Shown: positions 55,548-64,000 of the stretch, piece after piece | Position numbering within the stretch: position 1 is the first letter of the stretch | How the letters are laid out: the number at the start of each line of letters is the position of its first letter | Assembly (NCBI GenBank): GCA_964415795.1 | Contig: CAYQBN010000001.1 | Coordinates: 212,164-276,163, forward strand | Length of the DNA: 64,000 nucleotides | Origin: an uncultured Spirochaetales bacterium | GTDB lineage: Bacteria; UBP6; UBA1177; JAKLFG01 | Direction of reading: 5' to 3' | The notes under the pieces: generated by a model | Databases searched by the model: none | Seen by the model: the letters and a program-made list of their open reading frames with translations, nothing else | Told to the model about the DNA's origin: nothing | Position numbers and translations under genes: made by a program

Positions 55548-56887
55548 TTTTCACCTTCCGTCAATATGCGTTCCCATTTTCCGTCCCACCTCTCTCCCTC
55601 ATCAAATTTAGTACTTGTCAACGATACTTTTTTGCGTCGTCGTTCCACTTCTGCAAGGGAAAGTATCATAACAGCAAACACGACACCCCATCGCGGTCTC
55701 TGGGAAAAAGGAGAAAAGAATAAGTCCCATCCGGAAGTTGTAAGAAGCAGGATAAAGTAGGCAATAAGTGGGCGGCAGAGATGAATCGCATACTTGAAGA
55801 AACGAATCATTAGAACAAGAATGAATATCCAGAAAAGGCCCCCCAAGAACCCGTGCCAGACCCATGCCTGTCCTAAATGAGAATGAGTAGGCATTCCAAC
55901 CTTTCTCATCATACTTCTTCTATAAGCCATTCGGGCAGACTCCTCGTCTCCGATATACCTCATCGTTTGGGCCATATAGTTTCGTTCGTCTTTTGCCCAC
56001 GAACCGTAACCAATAATAGGCGAGTCCTTGATCGCCAACAACGCTCCTATAAAATCAGCACGTCCTTCCAAGATTCCAATTTCAGAATCAGTCTGTTCTT
56101 CGTATTTCCGCTCTTCCTCTTCCCCCAACCAACCGCGGTTAACGGCATATGCATAGGTTTCCATCGCGATGAGTCCGCCGATGGCGGCGAATATCACGAT
56201 CATCACGGTGTTTCGCTGGATGGCCCGCAGGGAAAGGAACCGGTTTTGTGCGAGCCATGTGCCGCCGGCGCCAAGAAGGAGAACCAGAAAGCCACTCCGC
56301 GAGCCGCCGTAAAGAAACACCGTGCTTGAGGCGAGAAGAATCCACACTGTAAGACGTGGCCAATTATGGAAAAGAAGAGCAACTAGGGCACTGATTACGA
56401 GAAAAACTATTCCTGCATAGTAAGTTTTGAAATTCATGACCTCGGTAAGAGCTGCCCCCATACTTTCTGCTCGACCAATAACGCTTTGCGCATGAAACGC
56501 ATAAAGAGAAATAATACCTGAGATCGCCATTCCGAAAGCAATCCATCGTACCCGCATGAGGTCATCCCACAGGAGCGCGAATGCGATTATGAAAACGGCG
56601 CCGAGGAAAGGCAGTGCAAAAATGCCTTTAAGCGCATCCTTCGTTTCTGTTTCCCGGTACAGATCGGTAATAATAGCCGACACCATCCATAAAAAAAGGA
56701 GGAGTAGTATCTTGTGGCCCTTCGCCTCTTTGAATCTTGGCCAGATATTCACCAGAACGAAAGGAGCAAGCACTATGCAAAACGCTTCCGTAAGAGCCAT
56801 TGCTCCCACGATGCGTATCTGGGTGACAGCGCCGAGACCGAAGAAGAATGCCAACCAGTTTTTTAGTGTGGGATTCATTGCTGTCAT
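55544..56887 (-). CDS. Wzy/O-antigen ligase-like polytopic membrane protein
   Basis: About 10 TM segments, GSRSG, PIIGYGS, HSHL...W..HG..G; polysaccharide cluster context. Confidence 0.7.
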   Translation of the reverse strand: MTAMNPTLKNWLAFFFGLGAVTQIRIVGAMALTEAFCIVLAPFVLVNIWPRFKEAKGHKILLLLFLWMVSAIITDLYRETETKDALKGIFALPFLGAVFIIAFALLWDDLMRVRWIAFGMAISGIISLYAFHAQSVIGRAESMGAALTEVMNFKTYYAGIVFLVISALVALLFHNWPRLTVWILLASSTVFLYGGSRSGFLVLLLGAGGTWLAQNRFLSLRAIQRNTVMIVIFAAIGGLIAMETYAYAVNRGWLGEEEERKYEEQTDSEIGILEGRADFIGALLAIKDSPIIGYGSWAKDERNYMAQTMRYIGDEESARMAYRRSMMRKVGMPTHSHLGQAWVWHGFLGGLFWIFILVLMIRFFKYAIHLCRPLIAYFILLLTTSGWDLFFSPFSQRPRWGVVFAVMILSLAEVERRRKKVSLTSTKFDEGERWDGKWERILTEGEK

Positions 56888-56893
56888 TGTGCG

Positions 56894-57889
56894 TCAATTG
56901 TCTTTTTTATGGAATATTGCCATTGCATGATCCGGCTGGTTAAATATGTTCTGTATTCCGCGTCCTCTCCACCCAGCCAACCTGTTCACAATGTTTGATT
57001 CGACAAAGAACCACTTGAGCGGGAGCATCCTTAACACTAAAAACAGGAGACTCAAGACCACAAGTTTGATAATGCCAGCAGACCGACGAGAATGCCTTAT
57101 AAACTCATAGGAGAGATCAAGTTCGTATTTCTGGGCTAGCCATAACGCATGTTTTTTGGACAGGAAAGATACATGTTCCGGCATCGCCCCATAATAATAT
57201 AGGTTTTTTGCCAACTGGTATGGTTTGCTATCGTATGCACCGGTGGTTATCACTATGTATCCGTTAGGCAGTAACGCTTCAGAGAGATATTTCATGGCAA
57301 GGTTGCTATCTTGAAGGTGCTCGAAGACATCGGTCAGGATAATAATATCATATTTTTCAGCAGAAATCCCCTTGAGGTCATACAAGGACTCTCCCACGAT
57401 CTTAATCCCGTTTTTTTCCGCTTCGATCCTCGCTTCACGAGATGGTTCTATGCCATGAAGTGTATAGTCATCACCATGTTCACATACTCTTCGTATGGTG
57501 TTTAAGAGTGAGCCCCTATAACAACCAACATCTAATATCTTAAGATTCGTTGCCTGCAAAGAAGAAATGAAAGTGGTGACTTGGCGAAAATCTTCTCTCG
57601 TTTCATCACTACCGCCCCAAACGATCGTCAAGGGATTCATCTTGTAAAGTTCATTCATAGTCTCAAGAGAAAGGCATGGGTTTCTAAACAATAGACCGCA
57701 GGACTGGCACTCTACTAGATCTCCCTTGTTAATCGGATGAGTAAAGTGTTGTATAAGAAAAAAGAACGCTTCGGGAAGCAAACCTATGGTCTTTAAGATG
57801 TTTCCTTTACACGATGGACAGCTAGTTAGATCTTCGCCACTTATCAGCCAAGGCTGAGATTGCAACTTAACCGAATCGTTATTGCCCAC
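56894..57889 (-). CDS. Class I SAM-dependent methyltransferase with N-terminal Cys pairs
   Basis: CPSC/CQSC, ILDVGCYRG, GIEPS, DVFEHL, PEHVSF. Confidence 0.85.
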   Translation of the reverse strand: MGNNDSVKLQSQPWLISGEDLTSCPSCKGNILKTIGLLPEAFFFLIQHFTHPINKGDLVECQSCGLLFRNPCLSLETMNELYKMNPLTIVWGGSDETREDFRQVTTFISSLQATNLKILDVGCYRGSLLNTIRRVCEHGDDYTLHGIEPSREARIEAEKNGIKIVGESLYDLKGISAEKYDIIILTDVFEHLQDSNLAMKYLSEALLPNGYIVITTGAYDSKPYQLAKNLYYYGAMPEHVSFLSKKHALWLAQKYELDLSYEFIRHSRRSAGIIKLVVLSLLFLVLRMLPLKWFFVESNIVNRLAGWRGRGIQNIFNQPDHAMAIFHKKDN

Positions 57890-59219
57890 TAACCATCCTC
57901 GATATTTGCAGTTTTGTTTGTTTTCGTTGTATTATCAAAGCAAAACTCACATAGAAGACCACTTGAACAACTTGAGCCAACAATCGTGCCCCGGCTAGAC
58001 CCTCGGAACCCCAGCGGACCATGAACCAACTGCCAAACAGCATCACCACGATCCATCCCACATTGAACACAAGGCCTTGCCACATCAAACCACCAGCAAC
58101 AGCAAATTGGGTAATAGGATACATAATCGTATAAAGCGTACCGGTCGCAACTAAAAAGATCATCGTCCAATAGCCTTCGGCAAAAGTGACGCCATAACCT
58201 CTCATAATCCAAGGACTTAGGACCGAAAGCAGTAAACCTATGGGTACAACCACTACTGCAATGAGTCTCATCATGCGCCATACCATATTTAGACTACCCA
58301 GAACATCTCCGGTGCCATATTTTTCCGACATCACCGGTATCATCGCCGTACAGACAAGCCCCGGCAAGAATTGTATTGCCCCCTGCCATTGAGTTCCGGC
58401 ATTGAACATGCCTAATTCGGCGTAACCATTAGGCTGATTGGCGAGAAAGGCATTGCAGGCCCAGTAAACAGGCCCGATGAAAAGGAGGGTCAGGAAGGTC
58501 GGTAAACTAAAATCCACGAGCACCCGCCACTCCCTTTTCGCCTCCCCCCACTGGAGCCGGATATTGAACCGCCGCCACTCCCGCATCGCCACGATCCGCG
58601 TCACGATGACCGTCACCACCATCCCCGCCGCCATCGCACCAACCGCCCCTTTGAGCCCCCACAGCCACGCACCGAGGACCACCAACACCGTCTGCAGAGC
58701 ACCAGCCCCCACGCTGATATACGATTTCGTCCGAAATGCCTCGCACCCATCGAGCGAACAGGTCTGCACGCCGTTCACCACCCCCATCGCCACGGTGATG
58801 GCGCTTATCTGGAGCATCGGGGCGAGATGCGGAGCCGCAATCGTCTTTTCGGCAAGCCACGGAGCGAGAAGAACGAATGCGATCCCATAGACCACCGCGC
58901 TCACCATGGTCACCATCGAGGAAAGGGCGATGATGCGGCCTGCCTTATCGGGATCGGTGTTCCGATACTGCGCCACATGCTTGGTGACGGTGAGGCCTAG
59001 CCCCATCCCCGCGAGACTGCTCACCATACCGGCGGTGCTGTTCACCATGCCGTATTCGCCGAAGCCGACCTGCCCGAGGATGCGGGCGAGAAAGAACGAT
59101 GCCGCGATGGTAAGCACCCGCGACCCTGCCGCCGCGACACTGCCCCAGATGGCGCCGCTCGCGAGACGCTTGCGTGTTGGCGTCGAGATGAAGGATTCTA
59201 TCTTTTCCCGAAGGGACAT
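57879..59219 (-). CDS. wzx: Polysaccharide flippase
   Basis: LARILG..GFGEY, TKHVAQYR, about 12 TM segments. Start at ATG 59219. Confidence 0.85.
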   Translation of the reverse strand: MSLREKIESFISTPTRKRLASGAIWGSVAAAGSRVLTIAASFFLARILGQVGFGEYGMVNSTAGMVSSLAGMGLGLTVTKHVAQYRNTDPDKAGRIIALSSMVTMVSAVVYGIAFVLLAPWLAEKTIAAPHLAPMLQISAITVAMGVVNGVQTCSLDGCEAFRTKSYISVGAGALQTVLVVLGAWLWGLKGAVGAMAAGMVVTVIVTRIVAMREWRRFNIRLQWGEAKREWRVLVDFSLPTFLTLLFIGPVYWACNAFLANQPNGYAELGMFNAGTQWQGAIQFLPGLVCTAMIPVMSEKYGTGDVLGSLNMVWRMMRLIAVVVVPIGLLLSVLSPWIMRGYGVTFAEGYWTMIFLVATGTLYTIMYPITQFAVAGGLMWQGLVFNVGWIVVMLFGSWFMVRWGSEGLAGARLLAQVVQVVFYVSFALIIQRKQTKLQISRMVSGQ

Positions 59220-59327
59220 CGCACCTGCCACAGACACTACCGCGCGATTATAAGGAGGCACCGCTCCAACGCAAGAAAACAACCTGTTATCAGACAAATA
59301 AGAGGGGGGAAGTGTTGCAGAAGGGTG

Positions 59328-59392
59328 AGGTGAGAAGGTCCGCCTGCGGACTGGAGCCTCTGGCGGAGGACCCGGGATAGCGGATCTCACCT
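59328..59392. repeat. 65-bp inverted-repeat element in the polysaccharide operon leader
   Basis: AGGTGAGA(AGG)TCCGC...GCGGATCTCACCT with internal hairpins GTCCGC/GCGGAC and CCTC/GAGG. Confidence 0.6.
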
Positions 59393-59455
59393 ACAGCTGC
59401 GCGGTGGCAGAAGGTTGTCAAAAAAGCGACTCGGTAAAGAAAGAAATGCCGAGGT

Positions 59456-60601
59456 TCACTCGATAGGACAAAGGGTCATTTCGGCGACCTCTCCCGAAAG
59501 GTCGCCATAGGGCGTCTCGGTCGGATGGTAGAGAAGCGCATCGATGACGCCGAGGCGTATCGAGCCGCCGCTGGCGGCGGTGGTGTTCTGGGCATCGCTC
59601 ACGAAGGTCACTCCGCCGAAACTCATGGCCATGAGGCATTCGTTGTTTTCGTCCAGTTTCTCGAAAAGCATCAGCTTCACTTCTCCCGGCACGGCCGAGT
59701 TCATCCCGGAAAAACCGAGGCCTATGGCGTCGGTGGGAAAGATGAGTCGCACGACGAAATTCCTCGTCCCCGTTTGAGGTGCCGACTCCTGCCGCACGAT
59801 CACGGAGGCAGGGTCCGTGCCGTTGGGGGCATAGTGCATCGCGATAGCGACGGTGAGCGTACCGGGATACGGTATCGGATCGCTTTGCGACCCGTAGGAG
59901 CCGGTAAAAAAGGCTTGCATCACGCCACCGCTCGGGTTGTCCTGTATCTGGCTCTCGAGATCGCCGTCACCATCGTAGATATGAGAAAAGGTTTCTTCCC
60001 CGGCATTCAAGTTGCCGTAGGGTGGAAGAGAGAAATCCTCTGAAAAACAGGAGCTTATCTCATCAGGGCACTGCTCTCCCGCGCAGGAGAGGTACTCGTG
60101 CGGGTCGCTTGGTTGACCACAGTTGGAAGAAAGACAACCGGTCACGGCGTCATAGCGGGTCTTGCCGATCGAAGAGCCGCTCTGATAGCAGGCTTGCTGG
60201 CAGGTCGTATCCGCACCGCAGGCTTGCGAACAGGTAAGGATCTCCCGGCACGAGGCGGTTCCCGGCACTAAGTCGTCGTCGGGTTGCGTTTGGTCGTTTT
60301 CGGCCTCCTCTTCGGGCAGTTCCGCTTCTTCGTCGACCGGAAGCATTTCGTCCGTGTCTTCCGCTTCGGGTATGACCTCTTCGGTCATGACCTCGTCCGC
60401 ATCCACCTCGAGCACCGCATCGTCCGACACCGTGGCGTCTTCTGCGTCTTCCGGGACTGCCGGTTCGTCACCGAGAAGGGCGTCTTCTTCCGCCGGCAAC
60501 GATCCCGTATCCGGGGAGAGGTCGGTATCGGTTTCTTTCTGAGACCCGTTCTTCTCGCAGGCAACGAAGAGAAGAAGTGCGATGAGCATCATCATTTTCA
60601 T
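59456..60601 (-). CDS. Lipoprotein with acidic stalk and Cys-rich helical module, function unknown
   Basis: Lipobox FVAC; CREILTCSQAC...CQQAC...CLSSNC...C. Confidence 0.7.
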   Translation of the reverse strand: MKMMMLIALLLFVACEKNGSQKETDTDLSPDTGSLPAEEDALLGDEPAVPEDAEDATVSDDAVLEVDADEVMTEEVIPEAEDTDEMLPVDEEAELPEEEAENDQTQPDDDLVPGTASCREILTCSQACGADTTCQQACYQSGSSIGKTRYDAVTGCLSSNCGQPSDPHEYLSCAGEQCPDEISSCFSEDFSLPPYGNLNAGEETFSHIYDGDGDLESQIQDNPSGGVMQAFFTGSYGSQSDPIPYPGTLTVAIAMHYAPNGTDPASVIVRQESAPQTGTRNFVVRLIFPTDAIGLGFSGMNSAVPGEVKLMLFEKLDENNECLMAMSFGGVTFVSDAQNTTAASGGSIRLGVIDALLYHPTETPYGDLSGEVAEMTLCPIE

Positions 60602-60669
60602 GGATAGTAACCCCCTTTCAAAATCAGAAAAAAGCGGCTCTTATGTAAGGAAAAAACTCCCGCTGTCAA

Positions 60670-62190
60670 CTATTCGTGTTTCTTGAATAATCCCCGGAAA
60701 AGGAAGAGTCCTATCGGCGAGATGAGGGCGGTCACGCCGACCCAGAACCAGACCATGTAGTGCTCGGGGTAACTCGGGAGGGCGTTACCGTTCGCATCCA
60801 CCGGTACATAGGTCTCGAGGAGGTAGCCCGACATCGGGCCGACGAAGAACTTCGCGAGGAAGAACGGGAGGATGGAGAGCGAGATGTAGGTGCCTTCCTT
60901 CCCCTTCGGCGCGAGTTCGGCGGTGAACTGCATGAGGCGCGGCGACCAGATCGCCTCCCCGATCGTGAAGACGAAGATGAAGATGAGGAGCGGCCAGTAG
61001 GCGGGGTGCGGATCGCCCTGTACGCCGAGCCACTCGGTGAAGACGATGCCGGAAAGGAGCGTTCCGTTGAGCCCTTCGAACCATGCTCCCGGCATGACGC
61101 CGATGAAGCAGGCGAGCGCCGAGACCGAGGTGCCGACAAGCAACATGCGGTAGGAGGAGACCTTCTTGAAGAAGTAGCCGACGAGCGGGACGAGTATCAC
61201 GACGAGGACCGGGTTGAGGACACCGTAGAGCGCGCCGATCTTGGCGGTCGGGCCGAAGAGACGGAGACCATACTTGGGAAGCGTCATGCTGTTGAGGTGA
61301 AAGAAGACGAGCCGCACGAAGACGACGATGAAGAGGATGAGGAGAAACTTGTAGAAGAACGGGTCACCCCATGTGCTTTTGAGGCTCCGCGCCGTGCCGA
61401 TGAGAGCGTCGCGGGCGGTGTTCTTGAGAGCGACGAAGAGGTTCCCTTCCAGTTTCGGCTGAGGTTTGAAGACGATCTTCCCCTGTTCGTCGAGCTCGAC
61501 CCCGTCACGGAGGAGCGAGAGAAAAAGGAGGCTCGGCAAGGTGAGGAGAAAACCGGCGAAGAAGATGCTTTCGTACGGGGCAAGCGCGATGCCGAGTCCC
61601 GGCACGGTCCATGTCCCTCCGGCGGCGGCGACGCCGATCCGTATCTTGTCCCAGAGCCAGCCGCCGATCGCGTAGCCGAGGTTCATGAGGGTGTAGAAGA
61701 GCGCGAAGCCCATCGCGGCGGTCTCTTTGGTGGTCATCTTTTTGACGCCGACCGAGATGACCGGCGCCATCACCGCGAGACCGAAGGCGTAGGGCATGAA
61801 GCCGAAGACCGTCGCGGTGTAGATGTCGCCCGAAAGTGCGAGAATGAGACGGGTGATAACAAGGGTGATGGTACCGAGCAAGAGCGTCCGCTTGATGCCG
61901 ATGGTGTCGGTCACCGCGCCGATGATGAGGGTGAAGAAGTTAATGAGCATACTCCACACGGAAAAGTAGGTTCCTGCCGCGACATCGCCCATGCCGAAGT
62001 TCTTGGTGAGATAGAGGACGATGGTCATGTTGATCATGGCATAGGCGGAGTACTCGAGGATCTTGGTGCCATAGAGGAGCCAGAGGTCGCGTGGCGAGGA
62101 GCGGAGTCCCTTGATGTACACGACGACGATGACGGCGATGACGACGGCGACGGCGGCGGTAAGGAACTGAAACGCAAGCGCGGGGGTCAT
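60670..62190 (-). CDS. MFS transporter, POT/PTR peptide-transporter-like
   Basis: ILEYSAY, GEAIWSPRL, APKGKEGTY; 12+ TM. Confidence 0.85.
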   Translation of the reverse strand: MTPALAFQFLTAAVAVVIAVIVVVYIKGLRSSPRDLWLLYGTKILEYSAYAMINMTIVLYLTKNFGMGDVAAGTYFSVWSMLINFFTLIIGAVTDTIGIKRTLLLGTITLVITRLILALSGDIYTATVFGFMPYAFGLAVMAPVISVGVKKMTTKETAAMGFALFYTLMNLGYAIGGWLWDKIRIGVAAAGGTWTVPGLGIALAPYESIFFAGFLLTLPSLLFLSLLRDGVELDEQGKIVFKPQPKLEGNLFVALKNTARDALIGTARSLKSTWGDPFFYKFLLILFIVVFVRLVFFHLNSMTLPKYGLRLFGPTAKIGALYGVLNPVLVVILVPLVGYFFKKVSSYRMLLVGTSVSALACFIGVMPGAWFEGLNGTLLSGIVFTEWLGVQGDPHPAYWPLLIFIFVFTIGEAIWSPRLMQFTAELAPKGKEGTYISLSILPFFLAKFFVGPMSGYLLETYVPVDANGNALPSYPEHYMVWFWVGVTALISPIGLFLFRGLFKKHE

Positions 62191-62275
62191 GCGGCCTCCG
62201 TGTGCAAGTTATGGTCAGGCGATGCTAGCAGAGAATCGGGGGCGAAACAAGAGAAATCGGCTCAGCGGGTGTTTT

Positions 62276-63955
62276 TTAGTGCGAAGCGTTCGCCTCGGCC
62301 TTCTCTTCCATGTGCTTCTTGTAGATGCCGCGGAGAATGAGAAGACCGATCGGGGTGACGATCGCCATGCCGCCGATCCAAACCCAAACCATGTAGTGGT
62401 GCGACAGATCGCCGACCACCTGAACCACCTTGCCCGAGGCGTCGAGCACCTTCTGCCCCGTCTCGGGGTCTATTTTGTCTACCATCGGGGTGTAGGCGTT
62501 GACGAGAAGTCCCGACATCGGGCCGACGACGAACTTCGCGAGGAAGAAGGGAAGCACCGAGAGGGCTATGTAGGTGCCCTCCTTCCCCTTCGGCGCGATT
62601 TCGGCGGTGAACTGCATGAGGCGCGGCGACCAGATCGCCTCGCCCACCGTGAAGACGGTGAAGAAGATGAGGAGCGGCCAGTACTGCGGCGTCGGGGGAT
62701 TGGCGAGCAGTGTCGGCATGTCGGGCGCCATGCCGAGCCATTTGATGAACACGATCTCGCCGAGCACCGAATCGGTGAGCCCCGAAAAGTATTCGCCCGG
62801 TATCGTCGCGATGAAGCAGGAGAGCGCGGAGATCGTCGAGCCGACCACGAGCATGGTGTAGGAGCGCCACGATTTGGTTATCGAGGCGAAGAGCGGCACG
62901 AGGAAGATGATGAGCGTGGGGTTGAGGACGCCGTAGATGTTGCCGATCTTGGCCCCTTCGCCGAGGACGCGGATGCCATACTTCGGGAAGGTATAGTGGA
63001 GATGGAAGAAGATGAAGCGGACGAAGAGCGTCACGGTGAGGATGAGGATGAATATCCAGAAGTAGTTCTCGGTGACGGCGTTCTTGATGCGCTGGTACAT
63101 CGTGGTCGCGGCGCTCTGTATCGCGGCAATGCCGGAGCCGTGGTCCTGACTCGGTTTGATGACGATCTGCGCGTGTTTTTTCCCTTCCTCATCCGTCACC
63201 TCCTCGACCTCGACGCCGTCCCGGATGAAGAAGATGAAGACGATGCTGATGATGGTGAGGACAAGCGCGATGAGAAAGAGCAGTTGATACGAGGAGAAAT
63301 GGATGCCGTAGAGCGTCGCGCCGGCATTCTCGTTGATTATCTTGCCCATCGCGTCGCGTTCGGCGAACTTGTCGCGCACGAAATCGAGAAGCCAGCCGCC
63401 GATCGCGTAGGCGGCGTTCATGATGACATAGAACAGACCGAAGCCGAGCGTCGCTCCCTCTTTGGTCGTGAAACGCTTTATCGAGACCGAGATGACCGGT
63501 GCCACCATCGCGAAGCCGATCGCGAACGGCACGAACCCGACGAAGAAGACGAGCAGCGGGTTGGTGATGAACGACATGAAGAAGCGGGCGACGATGAGGA
63601 ACGAGACGCTGAAGACGAGCGTCCGCTTGATGCCGATGGTGTCCACGAGCGCACCGGAAACCATCCCGACGAGCGAGAGGAGGATGGACCACGCCATGAT
63701 GTAGTTACCGGCGGCGATGTCGCCGAGACCGCACTCGCGCGAAAGCCAGACGACGAGGATCGGATTCATCGCGGCGTAGGCGATGTACTGGAGCACCTTG
63801 TAAAGGAAAAGGATCCACATGTCGCGCGGCGAGTCCTTGAGCCCTCTCGCATAACTCCAGACGATGTAGAAGAAGGCGACCGCAAGCCCAACGAGCCCCA
63901 CATACACGATGATGTCGGCAAGTGAAAGGTCAAAGATGACCGCGCCGTATTTCAT
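62276..63955 (-). CDS. MFS transporter, POT/PTR-like (paralog of the downstream gene)
   Basis: Same motifs (GEAIWSPRLMQF, APKGKEGTYI). Start ATG 63955 with GGAGG RBS. Confidence 0.85.
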   Translation of the reverse strand: MKYGAVIFDLSLADIIVYVGLVGLAVAFFYIVWSYARGLKDSPRDMWILFLYKVLQYIAYAAMNPILVVWLSRECGLGDIAAGNYIMAWSILLSLVGMVSGALVDTIGIKRTLVFSVSFLIVARFFMSFITNPLLVFFVGFVPFAIGFAMVAPVISVSIKRFTTKEGATLGFGLFYVIMNAAYAIGGWLLDFVRDKFAERDAMGKIINENAGATLYGIHFSSYQLLFLIALVLTIISIVFIFFIRDGVEVEEVTDEEGKKHAQIVIKPSQDHGSGIAAIQSAATTMYQRIKNAVTENYFWIFILILTVTLFVRFIFFHLHYTFPKYGIRVLGEGAKIGNIYGVLNPTLIIFLVPLFASITKSWRSYTMLVVGSTISALSCFIATIPGEYFSGLTDSVLGEIVFIKWLGMAPDMPTLLANPPTPQYWPLLIFFTVFTVGEAIWSPRLMQFTAEIAPKGKEGTYIALSVLPFFLAKFVVGPMSGLLVNAYTPMVDKIDPETGQKVLDASGKVVQVVGDLSHHYMVWVWIGGMAIVTPIGLLILRGIYKKHMEEKAEANASH

Positions 63956-64000
63956 GACGACCTCCGCGAAAGTCAAAGTCGTTGCAGTATATCGAACTCT

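Noticed and set aside
59220-59455. JUMPstart/ops element ahead of the polysaccharide operon
   Set aside because: No GGCGGTAG on the coding (minus) strand.
473-63925. Many long ORFs antisense or frame-shifted to real genes (e.g. 473-1150, 2251-3417, 10831-12372, 12733-13950, 17975-19018, 19707-21302, 30102-31766, 35894-37177, 41390-42553, 45405-47825, 46304-47932, 60760-62340, 62189-63925)
   Set aside because: They fully overlap genes with clear family motifs, lack RBS or motifs, and have the Arg/Ala/Gly-rich composition expected of shadow frames in GC-rich DNA.
1-64000. tRNA, rRNA or known riboswitch
   Set aside because: No cloverleaf, rRNA-like or recognisable riboswitch consensus in the intergenic regions read by eye; tRNAscan/cmscan would be needed to exclude them formally.

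Overview
GC-rich bacterial DNA. Many acidic-stalk lipoproteins and myxococcal-type Cys-rich repeats suggest a deltaproteobacterial/Myxococcota-like lineage (inference only). There are four blocks. (1) 1-23 kb is a phosphate-starvation island: phoB, pstS divergent from pstCAB-phoU-phoR, two porins, three phosphatase-like genes, and a putative phospholipid-replacement module (GT21, GT28-like glycosyltransferase, LpxH/PlcP-like phosphoesterase, OlsB-like acyltransferase). Eight promoter regions carry 11-bp-periodic YTNAY repeats that look like a lineage-specific Pho box. The island also holds an unannotated 30-aa membrane protein and a circularly permuted alkaline-phosphatase/NPP-family lipoprotein. 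A non-Pho insert (decayed mazEF, nitronate monooxygenase, OM barrel, mscL, DUF3332) splits it. (2) 23-33.4 kb is a type I restriction-modification island with a half-size extra HsdS, an embedded HigB / HigA-ImmA pair, a structured intergenic element with a 10-bp tandem repeat, DUF3800 and a YgjP-like peptidase. (3) 33.5-49.4 kb holds surface lipoproteins, OPT transporter, pdxA, rpsU and an AAA ATPase-NFACT pair. (4) 49.4-64 kb is a mosaic Wzx/Wzy-type polysaccharide cluster flanked by 65-bp inverted-repeat elements, then two tandem peptide MFS transporters. I saw no rRNA, tRNA, CRISPR array, integrase or transposase. All family assignments come from reading motifs by eye; no database searches were run.
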